This document shows positions 25,737-39,675 of a stretch of DNA of 64,000 nt, one piece after another. This DNA is from Octopus sinensis (lineage: Eukaryota). The stretch's first letter is position 1, and each line of letters starts with the position of its first letter. Under the pieces are notes generated by a model. The model was not told the DNA's origin. It was given only the letters and a program-made list of their open reading frames with translations, and did not search any database. The position numbers and the translations under genes were made by a program. Location: NCBI RefSeq assembly GCF_006345805.1, contig NC_042998.1:58838001-58902000 (forward strand). Direction: 5' to 3'.

Positions 25737-26369
25737 GTCTATCTGTCTATACTCATACATGAACACACACACACGCACACACATACACACACACACACAC
25801 ACGTATGCTCTCTGTTTTTCTCTCACATACACTAATTGCATTGATTCTTTCAGCAACATCTCTAATTTGATAATATATCAATACAAGCATACATACATAT
25901 GTATATATTTATGTATGCATGTATGTATGTAAGTATGCATGTATACACACACACGCACACACAAGCCAATGTCTTTAGGGAGAAAAACAAGTATCATTCT
26001 ATCATAGAACAATCTAATGCATTATTTTTAATATTTTAGTTGTAAAATGAGCTTCAAAATTATAGGCGTGGAAGGAAATTTGGTTGTACTCTGTTTTGTT
26101 TTTCTCAACAATATTCCCCGATAAAAGTGACGTGATAAAGGAAATTGCCTCAGATATGAATCAAACTTACTTGTGAACTTAAATGGTCAGGTGCTTATAT
26201 CTTGCATTTATGATAAAAAAAAAAAAAAAAAAAAAAAATAATAATAATGATGATAATAATAATAATAATAATATTAATAATAATAATAATAGTAATAATA
26301 ATAATAATAATGATAATAATAATAATAATAATAGTAATGATAGTAATAATAATTAACAATCCTTTCTAC

Positions 26370-26553
26370 TGGAAGTACAGGGCCTCAAATTTGTGGGAAC
26401 GGGATTAAGTCGATTACATTGATCTCAGTGCGTAACTGGTATTTATCGACCCCGAAAGGATGAAAGGCAAAAATCCACCTCGGTGGAATTTGAAGACAGA
26501 ACCTCGGTTAAGCATTTCGCCCGGTGTGCTAACGATTCTGCCAGTTCGCCGCC
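26370..26553 (-). mobile_element. SINE-A copy whose head abuts the (AAT)n tract
   Basis: gattctgccagttcgccgcc|ttataataat. Confidence 0.85.
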
Positions 26554-26554
26554 T

Positions 26555-26615
<61 letters not shown>

Positions 26616-27742
26616 GACTGGATGCTAAAGCTCGTGGAAAATCACGAGAGACGAAAGAAGCTTCATTCTATCACAAAGGAAAGCAAAAAATTTGCTATTG
26701 ATCTCGTGCAGGATACCCAAACTGAACAACCCGAGGGAAGTACGGCAACTATTGTTGCAAAGAAGGTGAAAATGATGGCAATGAAAAAAGCGCACGAGCA
26801 ATTGGCTGATAGGTGGGAGGAGAAACCTCTGCACGGCAAATATGTGACCCGCAGCAACAAGCTGATGTTGACCAGAAGCAAACCCATCAGGGGCTACGGA
26901 GCTCAGGGCTAAAAGCAGAGAGCGAAGGTTTCATCCTGGCTGCTCAAGATCAAAGCCGATTAACCCGGAACTACCAGGCCAATGTGATGAAAAATGGAGC
27001 AGACCCAAAATGCCGATTCTGCAACGACATGATTGAAACAGTAGACCACCTAATCTCTGGATGTAAAGTCTTAGCACCAGTGGAGTATAAATTAAGACAT
27101 GACAGAGTTGGCCAATATCTCCACTGGCTAATAAGTCGGCATTACAATATCAAAACTGCCGACAAGTGGTATAATCACCACCCTGAGGCTGTAACTGGAG
27201 AAAATGTAATCATTCTGTGGGACTTTCCAGTACATACAGACCGAACCATCAAGGCCAATAAACCAGATATTGTTGTGAAAGCCCAAAACAATAAAGTTTG
27301 TTTATTGATCGACATGAGCATCCCCTGTGATCATAATATCTCAGCGAAAGAGTTTGACAAGCTCAGAAAATATAAAGACCTGCTCATTGAAATTGAGAAA
27401 ATGTGGCATCTCAAGGCGGTTACAATACCAGTGATCGTAGGAGCACTAGGAATGATCAAGAAGGGAACCGAAAATTATATGAGAATGATCCCTGGCTTAC
27501 CATCCCTGCAAGAAGTGCAAAAGATTGTCTTAACTGGTACATCACACGTATTGAGAAGAGCATTGTCGATGTGAGAACTGTTGCTGCTCATGTATTTTAA
27601 TTTAACTTAAAAAAAAAAAAAATGAACGAACTACTGAGTTTGATTTAATGGCCTACCAATGTATACTATAAGTTTCTTTGCCCTAGGAGTCGGGAAGACA
27701 CTCGGCAAGAAATGGAAGCAAATTTGAAAGAAGAAAAAAAAA
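26616..27742 (+). mobile_element. 5-prime-truncated Dong/R4-type LINE (family A): RT C-terminal region, CCHC knuckle, RLE endonuclease, 3-prime UTR
   Basis: KPLHGKY..GLKAESEGFILAAQDQ..CRFCNDMIETVDHLISGC..KPDIVV..LIDMSIP..K..PVIVGALG; one frameshift near 26860; stop at 27574; (AAT)n at 26557-26615 and 27744-27856. Confidence 0.95.
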
Positions 27743-27769
27743 GTAATAATATTAATAATAATAATAATA

Positions 27770-27820
<51 letters not shown>

Positions 27821-27954
27821 TAATAATAATTACAACAACAACAATAATAATAGTAACTTGCTGAACCCGAGAAAAATTCATGGAAAACATATAAAAATGT
27901 AAGCATCTGTAAACAGTGTGCCATGAGAAATGTTTGTATACATATTATGACTGT

Positions 27955-28095
27955 CTGTGTTTATGTTCTGAGTTCAAATTCTGCCAAGATCGACTTTGCC
28001 TTTCGTCCTGTCAGTGTCGATAAATTAAGTACCAGTTGTGTACTGGTGTCAATCTAATCAACCAGCCCCCTTCTCATATAAATTTCATGCCTAGA
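27955..28095 (+). mobile_element. SINE-A partial copy
   Basis: gttctgagttcaaattctgcc..gtcgataaattaagtaccag. Confidence 0.8.
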
Positions 28096-28279
28096 AAAGT
28101 ATATTGTGACAGTTACAGAATATAGAAAGTAATGTAACACCAATGACTATATAATCCAACCAAAATATCTCGGTTGCAAAAACGTAAGCGGAATTACTAT
28201 TTAACCTGAAAATACATCGTACATATTCAAAGGACCTTCTTAGTTTAGTTTTACAGAACGTTTTTCCTGTATTTTATTC

Positions 28280-28536
28280 TTTTACTTGTTTCAGTCATTT
28301 GACGGTACTCATGCAGGAGCAGCAAACTTTAGTCGAAGAAATTGACTCCTGGACTTATTCCTTGTAAGCCTGGTGCTTATTCTATCAGTCTCTTCTGCTG
28401 AACAGCTAAATTACAGGGGCGCAAACGTACCAACATCGGTTGTCAAGCAATGGTGGTGGTGGGACAAATACAAACACAAACACATACATACATACATACA
28501 TACATACATACATACATACATAATACATACATACAC

Positions 28537-28568
<32 letters not shown>

Positions 28569-28590
28569 GCATACATACATATGACGGGCT
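28280..28590 (-). mobile_element. SINE-B 3-prime half with internal (CATA)n
   Basis: tttacttgtttcagtcatttgac..ttattctatc..catcggttgtcaagc. Confidence 0.75.
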
Positions 28591-29059
28591 TGGAGGTAGT
28601 GGTGATGCTAGCTGGTGCGATTTTGTGATTTGCTGGTATGCCGAGAGAGATCCAGCGGGCCCCTAACTAGTTCACCGACCTTAATGCGCATGCGTAATGA
28701 TGACACATCAACAAATTAACCAGAAATTCTAACTTAAAATTATAGAAAGAAAAAGACAACGTTGTATTCCGAAGCCAAAAAATGTTTTTTTGGCTGAGGT
28801 GTAATTTTATAATGAAAACTAGCAAACACACCCGTCCTTTGGACGGTTTAAATTGCTTTATTGGTACAGTGTTCCTCGTCAATTCAATCCTTGTCAAAAT
28901 AGATAAATAGACAAAATCCTCTCAGTTTTATAAAAAAGGTAACCCTAGCTATTTTGACCCGTACTTCGTTTTCTCATATTCCTCACCATGGCAACAAAAT
29001 GGTTGTCTCGAGCGACTTGCAACCCTCCTCACACCATTGCCCACCCCATTTTACTCAAA

Positions 29060-29795
29060 GTGTAAATTTTGGCGCCAATCCGACCCCATCTACAGCCCCT
29101 TAAACCGTTCCTATCCCAAAATGAGACAAATAACCAAGAAATCAAACAACGTTTTCGCATTTCAGCTTTATGGATTTTGATTATATATACACACATTATA
29201 TATATATTTATGCACACACACACAGACACACACATACACACACACATACACATTATATATATATATATATAAATTAACACAATATATCTGATTAATAATA
29301 TCTGTTATGATTGTGCGGTGGTGGTGGTCGATAATAATTCACCGTTCTAAAAGACCTGTGGCGGGAACATTTAAATTTTTGCGGCTGTCAACGCTTTCTC
29401 TTTATAGATACAGACAGATGTACAATGAGAGAGGTTTTTGGACGAAAGAGTGACAGTGAGACGGCGAAGGCGGAGAGGGAATGAGAGTGGAAGGTGTCAC
29501 ACGTCGTTATAGAGAAAATGTGGAGGGAAGGAAGGAGAGAGATCGAAGAAGACAGGGTGATATCCAAAAGCGAGAAACGACAAACACTTGTCAATATCTG
29601 GGTTTTGTTGCCTTAGTAACCACAGCTTTTGAGAGAGGGGTTTCTAACCTAGTCCAGTCGCTTCCTCGCCTCTTTTTACACGTCCCTGTAAATTTTGGCG
29701 CAAATCTGACCCCATCTACCGCCCCTTAAACCGTTCCCATCTCAAAATGAGACAAACAACTTTTTCGCATTTCAGCTTTATAGATATTGATAAAT
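29060..29795 (-). repeat. About 110-bp direct repeat (29060-29180 and 29688-29785), possibly Helitron-like 5-prime ends
   Basis: Shared tgtaaattttggcgc..gaccccatctac.gccccttaaaccgttcc..cgcatttcagcttta; second copy reads A|TCtataaagctgaaatg on minus. Confidence 0.45.
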
Positions 29796-30338
29796 TTAAA
29801 ATTTAAAGTTTGGAGCAAAACACCACGTTTTTTGGTGTATGGCTGCAGTTGAAATAGGTTAAAACAGATGTGTATGTATGTGTGTGTGTGAGTGTGAGTG
29901 CGCGCGCGTGGTTGGGCCTTTAATAGGAGTTTAAGGTCAGTCGCAGAAAGGAATTCAAAACGGCAACAGGCACAATCATATACAGACAAATAAACACATA
30001 CATGCACACACATACACAAACACATACCTAGAGAGAGAGGCAGACAGGCAGACAGTGTCAGATAGTCTATAACAAAGTTTTCACCACTCTTTCTTTCTTT
30101 CTGTCTGTCTGTCTCTCTCTTCCTTCAAGCCCTTTCTCTCTCACTCTCTCTTTCTCTCCCAGGTTTTTTCTTGCTATCAAAACAATAAATGTCCGAAATG
30201 ATTCAGTGTTTCAATTAAAGAATACACACGAATGTATTAGACAGTTTTTGTTTAGGATACGGTATCCAATATTTGCTGTGGTTGAAAACAAAAAACAAAC
30301 ACCACCTTCCGTTGTGTCACCACTCACTCCTCTCTCAA

Positions 30339-30341
<3 letters not shown>

Positions 30342-30426
<85 letters not shown>

Positions 30427-31765
30427 CTCGAGTTGTAGCTGTAATTCAAAAGGGCAAGCCTTGTCATATTCTGTGTGAGACTGAATTTCCCTACGTTAAT
30501 GTTATGCATGTCTGTGGTGTACTCAGCCATTTGTGAGTTAATTTTATCCTCGTGTGGTAATCAAAAGTGAAATTGACATCCAATATTTGCTGTATGTATG
30601 TATCTGTGTATAATTTTTCTTTGGATTTATGTATCTACTGTCTCAGTTTCTCTCTTTCTCTTTCACTTCCTTTGTGCCCCTCTTCTCTCTCGCTTTTGAT
30701 TTAACAATGTGTATATGTATCTATGTACCTACTTCTCTTGTGATGAACGCCGTCACGACTTACTGTCTCTTCCACTCTCTCTTTTTCTCTCTCTTACTCT
30801 CTTTCTTTCTCTCTTACGTCCTCCCTGAAACATTTAGAAAGACAAAAGGAACGCCGTCACTACCCACTGTCTCTTTCCTTCTCTCTCTCTTTCTCTACTT
30901 CTTCCTCTCTGAAACATTTAAAAACACTAAATGAACGCCATCACCACTCACTGTCGCTTTCACACTCTCTTTCTCTCTCACTTTCCCTTTCTCTCTCACT
31001 CTCTCTCTCTCTCTCTCTTACTTCCTCTCTGTCCTCTTCTCTCTCGCTTTGCCACTTCTTTGAAGTAAGTGCGACGCACACAACAGGCACGTACAAAAAC
31101 AAAAATAGTTAGCGTATTAATGTTATTGATAATAATAAAGTAATCCATGGATGCCATTTGTAAATATTTTAATGCATCTCTACGCTCGTTTCCACAAATC
31201 CCATGCTTTTGACTGCATACTTGGAATGATTACAATCCAATCTATAATATCACTGGACATCAGGTGGATCTTTGTTCAGGAGCTTTTAAATGCGTACTCA
31301 AAAACGTTTCCCGTATACGAACATAATGCATATAGACATATGTGCGTGCGTGCGCGTTCCCATATTAATAAAATGTTATTCATGTAATATATAGTCAATA
31401 GAACTGGCACCATTTCATGAAAGACGGTCAGTTATAGCGAAATGTGAACTTAAACCGTGTGCAAATGGTACAGTACAATTTCCTTTTATTCTTCATCACC
31501 CATCACCGAACCTACATTTGCATATAACAATTTGTGAAGCGAAATGGCCAAAACAGATTATCAAACACACAGTCCTCGAATCGGCTCACCGATTCCACAG
31601 TTCGTCGGTATTATTTACAATCGAATATAAGGATTTTTAACATGCTTAGTTTTATATATGCATACAGGAAAACCTTTTTTGTCGAGGGCTTATATGCCCC
31701 ATTATTAGATTATTTTATTTCGTCATTGCGCGGTGATCGCTATAAGCTTTAAGCTTATTACCTCC

Positions 31766-31815
<50 letters not shown>

Positions 31816-31822
31816 ATATATA

Positions 31823-31886
<64 letters not shown>

Positions 31887-33223
31887 CTCGAGTTGTAGCT
31901 GTAATTCAAAAGGGCAAGCCTTGTCATATTCTGTGTGAGACTGAATTTCCCTACGTTAATGTTATGCATGTCTGTGGTGTACTCAGCCATTTGTGAGTTA
32001 ATTTTATCCTCGTGTGGTAATCAAAAGTGAAATTGACATCCAATATTTGCTGTATGTATGTATCTGTGTATAATTTTTCTTTGGATTTATGTATCTACTG
32101 TCTCAGTTTCTCTCTTTCTCTTTCACTTCCTTTGTGCCCCTCTTCTCTCTCGCTTTTGATTTAACAATGTGTATATGTATCTATGTACCTACTTCTCTTG
32201 TGATGAACGCCGTCACGACTTACTGTCTCTTCCACTCTCTCTTTTTCTCTCTCTTACTCTCTTTCTTTCTCTCTTACGTCCTCTCTGAAACATTTAGAAA
32301 GACAAAAGGAACGCCGTCACTACCCACTGTCTCTTTCCTTCTCTCTCTCTTTCTCTACTTCTTCCTCTCTGAAACATTTAAAAACACTAAATGAACGCCA
32401 TCACCACTCACTGTCGCTTTCACACTCTCTTTCTCTCTCACTTTCCCTTTCTCTCTCACTCTCTCTCTCTCTCTCTCTTACTTCCTCTCTGTCCTCTTCT
32501 CTCTCGCTTTGCCACTTCTTGAAGTAAGTGCGACGCACACAACAGGCACGTACAAAAACAAAAATAGTTAGCGTATTAATGTTATTGATAATAATAAAGT
32601 AATCCATGGATGCCATTTGTAAATATTTTAATGCATCTCTACGCTCGTTTCCACAAATCCCATGCTTTTGACTGCATACTTGGAATGATTACAATCAATC
32701 TATAATATCACTGGACATCAGGTGGATCTTTGTTCAGGAGCTTTTAAATGCGTACTCAAAAACGTTTCCCGTATACGAACATAATGCATATAGACATATG
32801 TGCGTGCGTGCGCGTTCCCATATTAATAAAATGTTATTCATGTAATATATAGTCAATAGAACTGGCACCATTTCATGAAAGACGGTCAGTTATAGCGAAA
32901 TGTGAACTTAAACCGTGTGCAAATGGTACAGTACAATTTCCTTTTATTCTTCATCACCCATCACCGAACCTACATTTGCATATAACAATTTGTGAAGCGA
33001 AATGGCCAAAACAGATTATCAAACACACAGTCCTCGAATCGGCTCACCGATTCCACAGTTCGTCGGTATTATTTACAATCGAATATAAGGATTTTTAACA
33101 TGCTTAGTTTTATATATGCATACAGGAAAACCTTTTTTGTCGAGGGCTTATATGCCCCATTATTAGATTATTTTATTTCGTCATTGCGCGGTGGTCGCTA
33201 TAAGCTTTAAGCTTATTACCTCC

Positions 33224-33304
<81 letters not shown>
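30342..33304. repeat. Near-identical tandem duplication, period 1460 bp, bounded by (TA)n
   Basis: ctcgagttgtagctg at 30427 and 31887; only a few differences seen. Confidence 0.95.
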
Positions 33305-33307
<3 letters not shown>

Positions 33308-35896
33308 ATGGTGGTGGTGTAGATAATATAATCGATCAGTTATTCATGCGGTATTTATTTAATCAACGCCTAAAGGATAAAAAGAAAAATCAGTCCAGCA
33401 GGATTTGAACTTCTAAAACGTAAAAAAAAATATATCACAAAGCATTCAGTCCGTGGCTTTAGTGATGATTTTGCAACAATCGAACATCTTCGCAATTCAA
33501 CATCATAAATATTTATTGGCCAATATTAGAGGTGTCGTTCAGGTGTTAAAAGTGATACACACACACACACACACGCACACACATATCTTTAGATATCAGG
33601 TATGGAACCCGATATTACTGATCTAGAATCCTGACAAAAATCGACCTTTGTCTTTCACTGTTTGAAGATCAATGATTTACTGGTGTCGTGGTCGTGGTAG
33701 TTGTACGTAAATTCTAGCCACTACCTCCACTCTCTTTCTCTTTCCCAGCAAAAGAAAAAAAATATCTCCCAAACTTAGGTTTTGATCTCCAAAAGATATT
33801 CAATATTTATTCAACTAAAACGAGATAAAATAATATATAATAGACTATCGTTTTGAACTGGAATATCCATAGAATCATATAAAACATATCAAAGTGAAGC
33901 AATTTATGACATCACAGTTTCTCACTCGTAGTCTTGGTGCAAGAAATAATCAGATAATGCAAATGTATTTTTCTTATACTTCGTTGCTTCTGGTAGCAAC
34001 CATTTGTTGGGAAAATTCACTTAGATCGTGGTAGGATCGCATCGGCCATTGAAAATAAGATATATCTGATAGTGTACAGTTTTGTTTGCTTGAAATTAGT
34101 GACCAATCCGTAAATGTACCAGAAGAGATTGTGTTATATGATATACAGAAGTGAAAACACAAAAGTAAAGTTAATATAATTCATGTTTGTTTTAAAATGT
34201 CAAGCACCTACAAGAATTCAAGTGTTTTAGTTGCAAGGCATGAGTTGAGATTGCGAGTTGCAAACACGTACAATAACATTTAAAAAAATGTCAAAATACA
34301 ATTATTAATTTGGTTTTGAAAGACAAGAAAGTAATGATGCGTGGAGATAATCATGTTTGTAGATTACCGTACTAAATGCATCTAAATGCATTACAATATT
34401 TTTGTTTGTCCTATTTAGAAACGAGTTTAAATCTCTCCGAGATTTTCTGAAAAGCAGCTTTCGTGCTTCTGGTGCTTTAGAAACAATCTGAGTTTTGTTT
34501 CAATCTACCAAAAAACAACGCATAAACAGCAACAAAACAGCTACAACAAGAATGATAATAGCAACAATAACAAGAACAAAAACAACAAAGCAAAAGTGAA
34601 AGTTACCGCGTCGTTGCTTGACCTGCTAGATATAGCAACCAAATTTCTCCCAAATCTTTTAGATGTTATTTTAGGAGATTGTTATAGGAGAGGACACTTT
34701 AGATAAATCTTCATCTCATACATACTCCTAAGATGACAGAATAGTCATGGTTGGAGTACCTTAGCTAATAGGTCAACTCATTTTATATATCAGAAATGTT
34801 AATAGATGTTGATATAGAATTAACTTCCCGATCAGATGTGGATACGATCTGGTTCCGATCCTTAGTTGAAGGAAGTTCTCATCGCTTCCTTTGTGAAAGC
34901 CATGGATGCCACAATTCGAATTTTCCGAGTCCTAAACATATAGCATTTTTGTACTTCATCGATAAAACAAAACAAATAAAAAAAAGGAGTCCTTGTGGTT
35001 GTTCGATGTCCATGAAATAGGAACAAAATCGTCTCCAAATTCCACATTAATGTCTAAGAAAATGAAGGACACGTTGTATAATGTAGTGTTAGGCACTATA
35101 TATTAGACAAAAGGGGTGGGATGGGCACAGCTGGAATGGTTTAGCATCACAAGATTACTTGAAGAAAGTTGACCAGAACTAAGCAGCAGCAGCAGCAGCA
35201 ACAGTAACGACAACAACAATAGCAGCAGCAGCAACAACAACAACAACACTCAACAACTGCATCAGCAATAACAATAACATTTGTAACAACAGCAATATCA
35301 ACATGAATATGAAATCTGAAGGAATTTGGGCGTGTTTTACAGTGGAAGTTAAATGCTTGCCTGTCAAGCCTTCGAGCTGATTTCTTCTATTGCGGATGAT
35401 AAACTTGCTCCTAATGAACTCTGAGAAACGAAAGATCATCGTACAATCTCATACATCGTCTGATATAAATTAGCGGCCCTCTTTTTAAGGTGATAATATA
35501 AATAAGCGATTAATCACAGAAAGTCGAGATGACACAGGAACAGCAATTTGGATTTACAAAATATTACATGAATATAGATTTATTTTAAGATGTCTCAGTC
35601 ATTGAAATTAGTAACAAAATTCTAATAAATCAAAGTTATGATGTTGATTACGTGTACGACTTAGCTATTAGTCAATTTAGACAATGAATTAGAGTAACAA
35701 TCAAAAATAGAGAGATGAGTAGATATAAAAAAATGAATAAAATAAATGCTAATGCCAATAAACTATATATAGCTCTTGGTTTGTCTCAGACAGAAAGATT
35801 TTTCATATTAGCAAAATTTCTCTACTATTCTCCTTGTGCATCCTTTCTCTATGTGCGTAAATACGGGTATTCGTACGTTTATATGTAGGTGGGGTG

Positions 35897-36117
35897 GGGA
35901 TGGGGTGTTGAACAGTTCCTGGCTTTGAGTAAAAGAAAATACAAGAGGATCAGTTAATTATGGCTTTATTCAACATATTCCCCTCTTACATTCAGATACT
36001 TGTTGCAGCGGTCCTTTCAGTTTTTCTAAGCCTTGTAAAAGAAATCGTAAGTTTGGGCCTCCGATCAGGCTTTGCGTGATACTCTTAAAGCCAGGGAATT
36101 TTCAGCATCCTCTTGTA
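35897..36117. mobile_element. Mariner-derived MITE (about 220 bp)
   Basis: Left ggggtgttgaacagttcctggcttt versus rc of right end tacaagaggatgctgaaaattccctggcttt; terminal TA. Confidence 0.65.
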
Positions 36118-36149
36118 ATATACAGATATGACTACAAGAATACATATCA

Positions 36150-36180
<31 letters not shown>

Positions 36181-36959
36181 TGTATGTATGTATGTATGTA
36201 TGTATGTATGTATGTATGTATGTATGTATGTCTGTGTGTATGTGTGCATGTATGTGTGCGCACACAATACACGCACACACATAGACACACACACATGCAT
36301 ATATACACACGCACACACACACACACACACATATATAGTATGCATAAACATGCTTAAGCGCGCACTCACACGCGTATGTATATGTATGTGTATAGAGGTA
36401 GAGAGATAAACATAGTATATGTATATATGAAGATATATATATAAGTTTTTGTTTAAAAGTTTGTGTCCATATAAATAGTATATATTTATAAATATACATC
36501 TGTATAAATTTGTCTCACTCTCGCTCTCTTTGACTTTCTATGCATATACACATATGCACATACATATGCACGCATACATACACACGTACACATACACATA
36601 CACATACACACACTCACACACTTACGCACGAAAACCCAAAGGGTGGATCATATATTTGATGGAATTATAGAAATATTGACCATCTGACAATATATAATTT
36701 ATTTATTCCTTTTATTTCTGATATATTTATCTTTCAGCTGTTTATCGAAAATATAAGATTCATTTGGAAAATTTCCAACAAGAAATCAAACAAAACTAAC
36801 TTTGCGATCAAATAAAAATTATACAAAAGGAAAGAAAAACAAAAGAAAAAAAAATCTTTACATTAAGTCTCGTATATTTTTACAAAACGGCATCTGTCTT
36901 TTTCAAACTATACTTAGTGTTCATTGGTGGTTTGTAATAGGTTACATTTGTTGTGCGTG

Positions 36960-37025
<66 letters not shown>

Positions 37026-37681
37026 TATATATACATATATAATATATACATATATATACGTACACACACATATTATAATACATGATACACATATTCACAC
37101 ACACATACACACTCACACAATAGTGTGGTAGTCGTTATTGTTGTTCTTGTTACTGATATTTATTCAGCTAATACGTTATGATCAATATTACGAGATTTGT
37201 TTTATTGTGGTTATATATTTTCCTGTTGACTTATTAAAAAAACCCAGAAATGTAATTCACCATTTTCTTTTTCATTATTTAAACCGTGTTGCGTATACAA
37301 GAAATATTTATTGGGTCATATTACGCACAAAATATCTACCTATTTCTACGTCTATGTTCTCATTAATATTGTTATTACCGTTTTGAATTTTGTTTTTGTT
37401 TCGTATTCAGTCTACGTATACAAATAAAACGAACATAACCACAAAATTATACTGATCTATTATATTTTATTATTATCACACTTGATTTTATGTAAGCTTC
37501 TACCATTTTTATATTTATTTCTTTATAATTTACTCCTTAATTGACGACCTTGTGGCAAATAAAGAAGCACTTATTATAATTATCTTTATTATTCATAGTT
37601 TGGGAAATACATAAAGTTTCCTTGCTTGTAATAAGAATTATTAAGGCTTAGAAGACAGACATACACACACGCACACACACA

Positions 37682-37728
<47 letters not shown>

Positions 37729-37744
37729 AAGTCAATCCAAACAT

Positions 37745-37950
37745 TAACAAGCAAGGAAAAGCAACAACACGAGGACGTGGAATAAGTACAGTATTATTGG
37801 ACGCTCAGGAAAGGAAAGAAAAGAAAGAGGATTTCATATTTCGAGCGGAGCTCTTCATCAGAAATACAGAAAAAAGTCCAAAGAGGGAAAACAGAGGAAG
37901 AAAATCGCCAACGATACACACGCAGTCGCATATTGAAATGACCGGAAGGG
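37745..37950 (-). mobile_element. Solo Penelope-type pseudo-LTR; hammerhead motif at 37831-37865
   Basis: Homologous to 48720-48930; AUUU-CUGAUGA-A-GAGC-UCC-GCUC-GAAA-UAUG-AAAU (cleavage site decayed to AUG). Confidence 0.75.
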
Positions 37951-37951
37951 A

Positions 37952-37984
<33 letters not shown>

Positions 37985-38064
37985 ATATATCACAATCTGG
38001 CTTCATCCAGAGCTGAGGCCATGCTGGAACAACGCTTTTCTGTGTTATTGGGTTTCTATTCTGT

Positions 38065-38290
38065 ATTACTGTTTATGGTAAGGTAGCGAATTGGACGGAA
38101 CCGTTCTTCTTTGTGTCTCCTGTCGTGATGTGGATTCATCTGGTATCTTAGATAAAAATGTGCCCAGACGTTCTTTGAAGACCTCCGCATTTACACCTTA
38201 CCAATCTCTGAGGTTGTTTGGTAGAATGCTGAATAGTAGTGTATCCTTGAGAACCAAGCTATGGAGAACTTTCGCTCTTTTATCATTGTA
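38065..38290 (-). mobile_element. CR1/L2-like LINE C-terminal relic
   Basis: LFSILPNNLRDW*GVNAEVFKERLGTFLSKIPDE..SNSL, like the LFN.LP..LR..FK..LD.FL..IPD.P tail motif. Confidence 0.65.
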
Positions 38291-38345
38291 AGGCTTTCCT
38301 CAAATTATCATCGTGATTTGAGGCATTAGGTGGACGATATAATGC

Positions 38346-38577
38346 GCGGCGAGCTGGCAGAACCGTTAGCACGCCGGGCGAAATGCGTAGCCGTATTTCG
38401 TCTGCCGTTACGTTCTGAGTTCAAATTCCGCCGAGGTCGACTTTGCCTTTCATCCTTCCGGCGTTCGATAAATTAAGTACCCGTTACGCACTGGGGTCGA
38501 TGTAATCGACTTAATCCGCCTGTCTGTCCTTGTTTGTCCCCTCTGTGTTTAGCCCCTTGTGGGTAATAAAGAAACAG
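38346..38577 (+). mobile_element. SINE-A full monomer
   Basis: A-box-like gagctggcagaaccgttag, B box gagttcaaattcc, complete body and tail. Confidence 0.92.
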
Positions 38578-39120
38578 ATATAATGTGCGTATTACCACAT
38601 CAATTTGCTTTCAGTGCATTATGAGAGTGTCACAGATAGAGTTTGAATGTGACAATAGAGTTAGTGGTGTGATATCTTCACGGATGTACAACACAACTCC
38701 ACTGCGACTGCTTTCTCTTCTCTCAGTATGGAATACAGCATACATTGGTATGTGTATCTTTGCCTCATTTATGTCTGCAGACAGGTGCGTCGCTGTAAGT
38801 GCAATTCATATTTCTTGATTGCACGCAGAAAGATCACTCAGGTACGCAAATTTGCGTTTGTTGTTGTTTTGTAGGAAGCCTCTGACATTTATCAGAAGAA
38901 TTGATGTAAAGGACGACTTTGGAGCAATGGTGGCCATTCTGGGTGTATTATTTGTCGCGGTCTTGTGTGCGGTGTGCATTGTTTAGTTTTGTTTGCAGCA
39001 ATGCCAGCTGATGCACTATTTTTTGTGACACACTTAAAATATTCTGCTACCCTATGTTTGCAGCTTGCACTCTGTCAAGACACAACGTTTCAGTGGACTT
39101 TTCCACTGCAGGTCTAAACT

Positions 39121-39163
<43 letters not shown>

Positions 39164-39228
39164 TTATTTTCGTAATGAGATAAAAAGAACCAAGGCTGCG
39201 TAGATTTTAGTACACTTATAGATAGAAG

Positions 39229-39276
39229 GTCTTACAGCTGTTTCCAGGATATTTATTATATCCCTTCATTGGAGAC
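39229..39276 (-). ncRNA. Type I hammerhead-like motif (left arm, core decayed to CCAAUGA)
   Basis: GUCU-CCAAUGA-A-GGGAUAU-AAUAA-AUAUCCU-G-GAAAC-AGCU-GUA-AGAC. Confidence 0.65.
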
Positions 39277-39627
39277 AGTGTGAGAAGATTGTTAAGTAAT
39301 AGTTAATTTAAATATGATACAAAATAGAGAGTGAGGTGGAGGAAAGAAAATAGATGTGAGATATGTAGGGATATTGAATTTGTAGATCCACTTATAGGCA
39401 GAATGGTATACATGTAAGATTCCAATACTTTATGAGTAAAATCCCAAAGTATTTTAAATTGAGCATTCCAGATATCGAGTCTATACACAGTGTATACCAT
39501 TTTGCCTAAAAAATGAATCTACAAATTTAATATCCCAACATATCTCGCATCTATTTTCTTTCCTCCACCTCACTCTCCATTTTGTATCATATATAAATTA
39601 ACTATTACTTTACTATCCTCTCATACC

Positions 39628-39675
39628 GTCTCCGATGAAGGGATATAATAAATATCCTGGAAACAGCTGTAAGGC
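39628..39675 (+). ncRNA. Type I hammerhead-like motif (right arm, U4C core CCGAUGA)
   Basis: gtct 39628-31, CCGATGA 39632-38, stem II GGATAT/ATATCC, GAAAC 39660-64, AGCT, GTA 39669-71, aggc (G-U wobble keeps stem I). Confidence 0.72.

Noticed and set aside
33987-34150. About 52-codon plus frame after a pyrimidine-rich AG
   Set aside because: No homology or donor; length is within chance expectation
38346-38430. SINE heads as tRNA genes or HDV-like ribozymes
   Set aside because: A/B boxes are present but the cloverleaf is distorted and each head is fused to a SINE body; no HDV double pseudoknot could be drawn
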